Positions 53,616 through 64,000 of a stretch of DNA of 64,000 nt are shown piece by piece. Location: assembly GCF_009914755.1 (NCBI RefSeq), contig NC_060941.1; one strand, 5' to 3'. The stretch comes from the human T2T-CHM13v2.0 reference genome, Homo sapiens. The translations under genes and the position numbers were made by a program. Position 1 is the stretch's first letter. Every line of letters begins with the position of its first letter. The notes below the pieces were generated by a model, which was given only the letters and a program-made list of their open reading frames with translations, was not told the origin of the DNA and made no database searches.

Positions 53616-54334
53616 TTAGGTCATGCTCCTGAATTCAACAGGAATATCTCCCTAGGGTATGTGAAGATTCTACAGCTGATTCATTGGTCCTAAACTGTAA
53701 GAGATTGTGGAGTGTGCCTGAGGCTTAAAGCCAGTGTGGCTGTGTCTCTGGTAGCTACCTTGATAGCCTTCTGGTGCGTGTGCCCTTGCAAAGCAATCCC
53801 CAGGTCATTGCAACATCTATGGGGCAGTTCTACTCTATAAACGAACTGTCTGGCACTTCTCTTTATTTTCCCATAGACCCCCAGGTTCTCAGTAAGGTCC
53901 TCTGATTTCCTGACTTGGTCAGCCAAATTCAACCTGACTGAGATGGGCCTTTCCCCTTGTAAAGAGACCAGGAACCAGGGTAGCAGGTGAGCCAGAAGGT
54001 TCTGTGACCTACACCCCATCCATATCCTCCTTGGCTGGCAGATGCTTTTGCTTTACAGAGTTAGGAAGGCAGGAGAAGGGTCATCAAGGGCCTGTTTGGG
54101 TCTCCCAGGGAGAGGAAGCCCCTTCCCACACTCAGTCTTGGAGATAACCCAAAGTGGTTCTGTAGACTGCCAGCCTGTGAGCTAATTGTCACCAGCCCGT
54201 GACAAGAACTTGAGAGGAAGCACTTACGAATGTTAAAGCAATATGACAGAGCAATCTATAATATGATGGATATGATAATTTCTTTTAAAAATGGAACTTT
54301 TATTTTATATGTCTTTCCTCACCCCCCATTACTT

Positions 54335-54757
<423 letters not shown>

Positions 54758-54978
54758 TAGAGTTCTACAGTAAGCTGACCATCCTAAAGGATATTCTCTT
54801 GAGGTCACACCCCTCCTGGCCCGCACCTTCCATTCACTGGACATCTTACCTCAGTCTGGCCCCTGTTCACCCCACTCCCATCCCCACCCCACCCCACAAT
54901 CCCAGTCCCAGCCCTGCTGGTACAGCTCTCTCTGGCATCTAATGTGACCTTACCTCTTTCACAGGGCTCTCTATTTAG

Positions 54979-55735
<757 letters not shown>

Positions 55736-55772
55736 AGAAATATATCTCCTAGAATTTTTTTTGTCTGCTTGA

Positions 55773-56306
<534 letters not shown>

Positions 56307-56565
56307 TAAACACTTGCCAGTCTGAACTCTTCTTGCTTAAAGCTTTCCATTTCCCATCTTTGTGTTTAAATGGTGACACCACCATCTACTCAGGACCTCA
56401 AGCTAGGAACCTGGCATCATCCCTGACCCCTTCTAATCTACGTGTTATAAACCACTCGGTGGCCTCCCAGTGCCCACGGGATAAAGTCCACACTTGTGAA
56501 GGTGGCCTACAAGGCCCTGCCTCTCCCATGTGGCCCGTCCCTCACTGTGCTGGGACTTTCCATTA

Positions 56566-57018
<453 letters not shown>

Positions 57019-57072
57019 TTATTTTTATTTCTATAACTTTCTTGGGTGAATGTTGTCTTCTCACTTATATAA

Positions 57073-58122
57073 TTTTTTTTTTTAAGATTCATGGGTACGA
57101 GTGCAGGTTTTTACATGGATATATCATGTAACACTGGAGTTTGCATTTCTATATAACCCATCACTCAAATAGTGAGCATAGTACTCAATAAGTAGCTTTT
57201 CAACCCTCTCTCCCTTCTTCCCTCCCCCATTTTGCAGTGCTCAATATCTATTGTTCCCATCTTTATGTCCATGTGTACCCACGGTTTAGCTCTCACTTAT
57301 AAATGAGGACATGTGGTATTTGATTTTCTGTTTCTGCATTCATTCACTTAGGATAATGGCCTCCATTTTCATCCATGTTGCTGCAAAGAAACAGGAATTC
57401 TTTTTTTTTTTTTTTGGCTGTGTAGTGTTCTGTGGTGTACATGTACCACATTTTCTTTATCCAATCCACCATTGATGGATACCCGGGTTGACTCCATGGC
57501 CTTACTATTATGACTAGTGATGTGACAAACGTGTGAGTGCAGGTGTCTTTTTGATACAATGATTTATTTTCCTTTGGGTTGATACCCAGGAGCAGAATTG
57601 CTGAGTTGAATGGTAGTTCTATTTTTAGTTCTTTGAGAAATCATCATACTTTTTTCCATAGGAGTTGAACTAATTTACATTCCAACCAACAGTGTCTAAG
57701 CATTCTCTTTTCTCTTCATCCTTGCCAATATCTGTTATTTTCTGACCTTCTAATAATAGCCATCTGCTGATGTGAGATGGTATTTCACTGTGGCTTTAAT
57801 TTGCATTTCCTTGATGATTAGTGCTGTTGAGCAGCTTTTAATATGTTTGTTGGCCACTTATATGTCTTCTTTGGAGAGATGTCTTTCATGTCCTTTGCCC
57901 ACTTTTTAATAGGATTATTTGTTTTTGTTGACTTAAGTTCCTTATATATTCTGGATATTAGTCCTTTGTCAGATGCATAGTTTGCAAAAATTTTCTCCCA
58001 TCCTGTAGGCTGCCTCTTTATTCTGTTGATAGCTTCTTTTGCTGTGCAGACCTCTTTAGTTTAATTAAGTCCCATTTTTCAATGTTTGTTTATGTTGCAT
58101 TTGCTTTCGAGGTCTCAGTCAT
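57073..58122 (-). mobile_element. L1PB/L1MA-like 3' end, about 1 kb
   Basis: Antisense L1 3' UTR and ORF2 end; minus-strand ORF reads DWIKKMWY. Confidence 0.88.
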
Positions 58123-59905
58123 TCCTCTGGCCAAGTCCTGCCCCATCTGTCCTCCAGAGCATCCTGGGGTGTGTGTCCCCAGACACCTGAGTGCATCAGA
58201 ATGATCTCTTTGTATGCTCCTCCCATTAGCCTATCAGTCCCTTAAGGGTGGGGATTGTTAGGTATATACATTTCTTGGAGTAGCATCGCTCCATACACAT
58301 TGAATAAGGCCCTCTTTCTTTTTGTATCAGAGCTGTGGTCTGGGCAGATAATCTCACCCTCTAGTGACAATCTGATTTCCATGTAAAGAAGGAAGTTGGG
58401 TGACAGCCACACCTCTTTCTTTCTGGGACCTAAGGAGTTTTGTACAATAAACTTGGAGCATGAAGGTACCAGTTTTCATTTTCCACTCCCATGTTTAAAT
58501 TCCAGTTGAAAAGTAGACTGTGGATTGAGGCAGAAAGAGATGTAAATTTTAGGTTTATTCATAAGACTGATTAAGGATGCAGCTTAGATGTGAGTCCAAT
58601 TTGGGCTTTCAAATGTGTTTCCCCAGAATTAAATTACGTACCCGCAGACCTCTGCCAAGGCAGATCTCCCCAATGGCAGGTCTCCCTCATTGTGGAAATG
58701 GAGAATTTGGGGGACCTAAAGAAAGAAGCTTAGATCTAGGGGTCCTCAGTCTGTCTCCTCAGAATGGAATATTTGTCACATACTTCCAGTCTTCCACCTG
58801 CAAGGCAGAGCTGCTTCCAGGAAACGCAAGGCATGGGTGGGGGAGAATGGCAGGTGGCTAGCTTGTAGGACATAGGTAGGCCTAATGACAGGACGTAGAG
58901 CCCACCTTCTTCTACAATCCCACCAATCAGATAAGGTGCTTCTCCTCCTTTGGAAGGAGTGAGGATGAGGAGGCAGCATGGTTCTCCCCGTCTACAGGAA
59001 ATTGAGGGAGCAATCAGTGTTTTTCCCAATGCATCAGGGCTCCCTGGGCTGGGAGAACTTCTCCCAGACACGCCTTGTTCCTCACTCCCTCCTGGCTCAC
59101 GCAGGAAGGTGCCACAACTCCAGCTCAGACCTGTCCATGCTCAGCCACAGGACTTTGTGCCTTCCATGAGCTCAAAACCTTTTATCAGATCATCTTAGTG
59201 GTAGTTTGGGACTCATCTGACATCCCCCCTTTTCTTGCAACACATTTGAAACACTCCTTTGGGTGTGGACGTTGCCATCACTTGTATCTGTTCCTATTGA
59301 TTTCAGGATAAAACCTCATGTGCTCCACTTTGCTCTCTTCCCATCTCTTCTGTATTGAGGCTGATCCACCGTTTCTGAAATGGGCTGGGCCCAAGTAGTT
59401 GGAAAGAGCTACAGGTTGACAGGCACTGGGATTTTCTATGCACTGGAGGGTGTGGAAGGAGAAGACTTCTTAGGTTGTGGAGGGGGGCTTAAAGGTGCTC
59501 CTTCTGCATTGCAGTTGGGGGAAAGGTAGCAGCTCTCTTTGGGCATCATCAGTATTGGGTATTTGTGTAGGATGGTCAAGTGGAAGTGCCCTATAGACAT
59601 TGAGAAGGTAGCTGGGGCTGCAGTGGAACAGCTGATCTATTTCCTCAAAGTAACCCCAAATCTACAGAGCTCACAAGCTCCCATGGGAATGAGGGGAGGC
59701 ACTGTGAGGTTGGTCTGAAGTTCTGAGACGGAGCCTTCAGCAGACTTAGCAGCCTCCGAGGATAGCTGACCTTGGCTTACTGGCAGTTTTGGGTATTTCT
59801 GTTTGGAACATCAGTCCTTGGGTTGTGGGGGAGACTGCTGAGCCCTGAAGAGCTGTGGGAAGGAGGCCCCGTGTTTTCTGATGGGCTCCCTTGTTCTCTT
59901 CTCAG

Positions 59906-59983
59906 GGTTTTGCATCTCAGGAGGCCAGGAGGCCCTCCACATGTCAAGCTGGCGGTGGAGTGGGATAGCTCTGTCAAGGAGCG
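59906..59983 (+). CDS. USP43: USP43 exon 10 (78 nt): VLHLRRPGGPPHVKLAVEWDSSVKE(R)
   Basis: cttctcag acceptor; CG|gtgagt donor; phase 2-2. Confidence 0.92.
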
Positions 59984-60229
59984 GTGAGTTCAAGGGAATT
60001 TGCCACCTGCAGAGCTGAGACAGGGCCTGTGTGTGCCCAGGTTTCCCTGGACGCAGCTTCCCCCAGCACGGCTGCAGGCAGGGTGCACACATCTTTGAGC
60101 CAGTGTAACCCGTTCCTGTGAGATGCCTGAGTGAGAATTTTCTGTATGTAAATAACAGTGACAGGAATGGAGGAATGGAGTGATGGTGGTGGTGGTGGGT
60201 GATGTCAGAAGTAGTAACTGCAGTCATAG

Positions 60230-60490
60230 TAGACAGTTACGTAGCACCCACCCACTCACCCCATGCCAGTCACTGCTCTGCACACTTCATGTGTGTATAG
60301 GGGATTTATTTAATCTTAATCACACCCTATGTGTGGGTGGTCTGGGGTGGATACTCCTGTAATCCACATTTCTCAGAGGTGGAAACTGAGGCACAGAGAG
60401 GGTAAGCAGTTGCTGGAGGGCACACAGCTTGTACATTGGCAGAGCTGGGATTTGAACCCAGACCCTCTGACTGGAGTCCATGCTCCTCAT
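60230..60490 (-). mobile_element. MIR
   Basis: ggaaactgaggcacagagagggtaag...ggatttgaacccag. Confidence 0.75.
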
Positions 60491-60549
60491 CACCATACTT
60501 GGCTACCTCTGTAACACTGAGGGCATCAGCCTTACTTTAAGAAAGGATG

Positions 60550-60660
60550 TCGTTCAGTCCAGCAAGTATTTATTGATCAACTTCTAGGTGCCAGGCCCTG
60601 TGCTAGGATGAGGAAAACAAAGATGAATAAGCCAAGGACCTGCCCTGTAGGAGCTGGTGG
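60550..60660 (-). mobile_element. L2 3' end (overlaps copy 1 of the 146-bp repeat)
   Basis: cagcaagtatttattga...gtgccaggccctgtgctagg...gatgaataag. Confidence 0.7.
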
Positions 60661-60750
60661 GGGAGAGAGAATTCCAGTAAAATATAGTGCTGAGTCAGAA
60701 GGATGCCTGCAGCTCTCCAGGAACCCATAGGCAGGGCACGGTAGTGTGGC
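60605..60750 (+). repeat. Copy 1 of a perfect 146-bp direct repeat
   Basis: Identical to 61576-61721 on base-by-base comparison. Confidence 0.95.
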
Positions 60751-60852
60751 CTGGCCAATGTCTGCTGACGGGTTTGCTGTGAGTAGAGACATAGACGAAA
60801 CCTGTCTGGGAGCAGGAAAGTCCTGAACGCCGTGGGTGTCCTCTCCGTGCAG

Positions 60853-60979
60853 CCTGTTCGGGAGCCTCCAGGAGGAGCGAGCGCAGGATGCCGACAGTGT
60901 GTGGCAGCAGCAGCAGGCGCATCAGCAGCACAGCTGTACCTTGGATGAATGTTTTCAGTTCTACACCAAGGAGGAGCAG
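60853..60979 (+). CDS. USP43: USP43 exon 11 (127 nt): LFGSLQEERAQDADSVWQQQQAHQQHSCTLDECFQFYTKEEQ
   Basis: ccgtgcag acceptor; TLxxCFxxYxxEE USP box-4 motif; weak donor CAG|gtcccg. Confidence 0.93.
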
Positions 60980-61085
60980 GTCCCGCCCTGGGGGTCCATG
61001 CCCCGGCCGGGAAGGGGGCTGGCTGCCTTTGGTGGGTTGGCCACGTGCTGCGGGGGCCTCACAGTCCGGGTGGTTTGCTTTCCAG

Positions 61086-61434
61086 CTGGCCCAGGATGAC
61101 GCCTGGAAGTGTCCTCACTGCCAAGTCCTGCAGCAGGGGATGGTGAAGCTGAGTTTGTGGACGCTGCCTGACATCCTCATCATCCACCTCAAAAGGTTCT
61201 GCCAGGTGGGCGAGAGAAGAAACAAGCTCTCCACGCTGGTGAAGTTTCCGCTCTCTGGACTCAACATGGCTCCCCATGTGGCCCAGAGAAGCACCAGCCC
61301 TGAGGCAGGACTGGGCCCCTGGCCTTCCTGGAAGCAGCCGGACTGCCTGCCCACCAGTTACCCGCTGGACTTCCTGTACGACCTGTATGCCGTCTGCAAC
61401 CACCATGGCAACCTGCAAGGTGGGCATTACACAG
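61086..61434 (+). CDS. USP43: USP43 exon 12 (349 nt): LAQDDAWKCPHC...LIIHLKRF...YDLYAVCNHHGNLQGGHYT; second CxxC and His box (His668)
   Basis: tttccag acceptor; HLKRF and YxLxAVxxHxG..GHY motifs; ACAG|gtgagc donor. Cumulative CDS is 2011 nt. Remaining exons lie outside the window. Confidence 0.97.
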
Positions 61435-61575
61435 GTGAGCCTTGCCTTGCCTTTCTGCAAATGCAGCTGTGGCCACAGCCTCGAGATGTCCCTGGAATGG
61501 GTGTTGCTCAGATGCTGAGCTCCCTGGGGCACTTATTGAGATCCGACCCCTCACCCACCGCACACCAGGAAGATG

Positions 61576-61721
61576 AGGATGAGGAAAACAAAGATGAATA
61601 AGCCAAGGACCTGCCCTGTAGGAGCTGGTGGGGGAGAGAGAATTCCAGTAAAATATAGTGCTGAGTCAGAAGGATGCCTGCAGCTCTCCAGGAACCCATA
61701 GGCAGGGCACGGTAGTGTGGC
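61576..61721 (+). repeat. Copy 2 of the perfect 146-bp direct repeat
   Basis: Identical to 60605-60750; offset 971 bp. Confidence 0.95.
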
Positions 61722-61812
61722 TGTCTCGCACCATGTGCGAGAGCAGAAGGGACCTTGTCCCAGCTATAGAGTTGACATTGAGTTAGGTTGGAGGTTGGAA
61801 TATGTAAAGTTA

Positions 61813-62105
61813 GGCCTGATGCAGTAGCTCATGCCTGTAATCCCAGCACTTTGGGAGGCTGAGGTGGAAGAATCACTTGAGGCCAGGGGTTCAAGACCAG
61901 CCTAGGCAACAAAGTGAGACCCCCGTCTCTACAAAAAAAATGAAAAAAAAAAATGAGCTAGGCATTGTGGCTTACACTTGTAGTCCTAGTTGCTCAGGAG
62001 GCTGAGATAGGAGGCTGAGGCCGTGGTGAACCATGATTGCACCACTGTACTCCAGCCTGGGCAACAGAGCGAGACCGTGTCTCCAAAACAAATAAACCAA
62101 CAAAC
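61813..62105 (+). mobile_element. AluJ-like
   Basis: Alu consensus with an internal deletion and (CAAA)-type tail. Confidence 0.85.
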
Positions 62106-64000
62106 AGAGGTTAGTTACTGCCCAAATTTTCAACCATATTAAATATGGGAGGTCATTATTGGAACCAAGAGAGTGACATTCATTCTCATCTGTGATTCAG
62201 CGTGAGGAATCTTACTTATCGGATTTGGTATCCTTTTATTCTATGGGGTACTTTTCATGTTTATTCCTCTGGGGAATTTCAGAGCAGTGGATGAAGGGAA
62301 GGGCATAAACAAATGGCCAGATTTTCTCAATCGTTCATAATCATCCCTTTGAGTGTTTTCAGAGAGTGTCATGAGGGATGATTTTTCTCGATTATGTCAT
62401 TGTTTGCTTCTCCCCCACCAGGGCCTCTCAGTGACGGTGAGAAGCCTATTGGTAGCTGCGGCAATTGAGTGTCTCCACCGTGCAGATAGTGTGGAGGGTC
62501 ATCGGGGTGAGCCTTAGGAGTCCAGGGGGTTTAGGGCATGATTTCCGCCATCGGAGAATGGATGGAACAGGCCCCCATAGAGAAAGAGAAATGAGGATGC
62601 AGTTACAGGCTGGGGACCACCTGAGTGGACAGAGATGCGCTGGATGGTGGGCCAGCCTAGGCTGGTCATGGTGAAGGTTATGGGAGCCACCAAAGCCGCT
62701 TTCAGCTGACAGTGGCCGCCTTATGCTGCTGTGCGGTGCCAGCCTGTTCTTCCACAGCTGTCCTGCTCCAGATGAGGGCTTGCCACCTTTGTAACTGCTG
62801 GGACCATTCTGTCCAGCCACTTCCCCTGTCTCACTTCTCTGGGCCGAAAATAGCTCAGCAGGAATCCCTTGAGGCCCATATATATATTGGGAGGCATCTT
62901 TGTTACTCAGATTTTTTTTTTTTTTTACTAAGAGCGTTATGGCTGAATGAGTCCCCGTGCACACATGAGTGGTGAAAATAAGGACAGCTGGAACCTGGGC
63001 CTTGTCATTTCCCATGCTGAACGTGCTGCCTCCCCATCTATAAACTCACAGGGTGGCCCCACATAAATTAAGGGCAGTGATGTAAAACCACAGCAGGGAG
63101 TTAGAAGTAGCATAGGCGTGAGAAGCGTTGGCATCTGCCTTATCAAAAGCGAGATCCAGACCCCTCCTGGGGTGAACATTAAAGAGCAGAATGCCCGATT
63201 TTGGGGGTGGTGGTATGGCAGCAGAAGGGACGCAGTTCCTGGAAGGTTCCCCTTGCAGAGATCTCCTGGGTCAGTGTTTGCACACACAGTGTGCCACCAC
63301 CTGCCAGGAAAGAGCCTGTTTAATACTAAAAGCAAAGGGAGAGGAGCCCAAGGGAAAGAGGGGACTGGCGAGGCGGTAGGCAGGGCAGTGTGTGCAGCCA
63401 ACACAGCCCTGGGTAAGACCTGGGCCACTTGCTGTCATCGGTGCCAACATACACAATCTTTTCCCTGAAGACAATTTGCACTGCCAGTTAAATGGCAGAG
63501 TCTGGGCTTCAAACCTGGGCCACCCTGGCTCCAGGGTCAGTAGCTTCTGCCCTGCCGAGATGAGTGATTCCTGATATGAACAAGTCCCCAAGCCATGTAG
63601 GGTATTGTAGATGAGTGTCAACTCCCTCCTTTAGGTGAAGCTCACCCTCAGTGGCTTCCTAGGAAAGGGTGATGGGAGCTTGACCTTTGGAGTGCTTACG
63701 TGTCAGGAAATGCCTTTATTTCCACACCTGATTGATAGCCTGGTGGGACATAAAGTCCTTGATTGAAAATCAGCAATGTTGCTCCGTGTGGAATGGGGTC
63801 TGGAGTAGGGTTTTGCTGTTGAGAATGGGTCAGGCCAGTTTGATTTCTGTTCCTTTGTCTAGGATAGGATATATTTTTCTCTCTGGAAGCTTTCAGGTTC
63901 TTTTTCACAGGTGCTCTGGAATTTCATAGAGTGTGCTTACCTGTAGGTCTTTTTCATTGCTTGTATTGGGACCTGCATTTAGGGGACCTGTGTGTCTGCA

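Noticed and set aside
60905-60930. CAG run in exon 11 (QQQQAHQQH)
   Set aside because: Only four uninterrupted CAGs, too short to be an expansion-prone polyQ tract.
60980-61085. Possible U12-type (minor) intron because of the unusual donor
   Set aside because: Lacks the GTATCCTT donor and TCCTTAAC branch consensus.
62446-63621. Long antisense ORFs (189, 163 and 116 aa) in intron 12
   Set aside because: No recognisable domain, splice structure or promoter support; consistent with chance ORFs.

Overview
Human (primate) genomic DNA, recognised from the protein translations as chr17p13.1. It holds the last two coding exons and 3' UTR of CFAP52 (WDR16, a ciliary WD40 protein; + strand, to about 3.2 kb). 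About 2 kb downstream are the CpG-island promoter and coding exons 1-12 of the deubiquitinase USP43 (+ strand, ATG at 5363). The exons I reconstructed splice in one open frame for 2011 coding nt, placing catalytic Cys110 in exon 1 and His668 in exon 12; the gene continues past the window. Introns are dense in repeats: about 47 Alus, plus L1, L2, MIR, MaLR LTRs, MER53, MER20 and MER5A. Almost all other ORFs in the track are spurious repeat translations. I see no evidence of a wholly new multi-gene system. The most notable unexplained features are: (1) a perfect 146-bp non-tandem direct repeat bracketing USP43 exons 11-12 that duplicates an NRF2/MAF-type ARE motif; (2) several other locally templated duplications and inversions; (3) an RBFOX motif cluster right after exon 8; (4) in-frame alternative acceptors in both genes; (5) a 106-nt weak-donor intron; (6) a MER53 hairpin carrying a miR-1302-type seed; (7) a roughly 520-bp AT array enclosed by an Alu's target-site duplications (TSDs). 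Repeat subfamily calls and boundaries are by eye and approximate.
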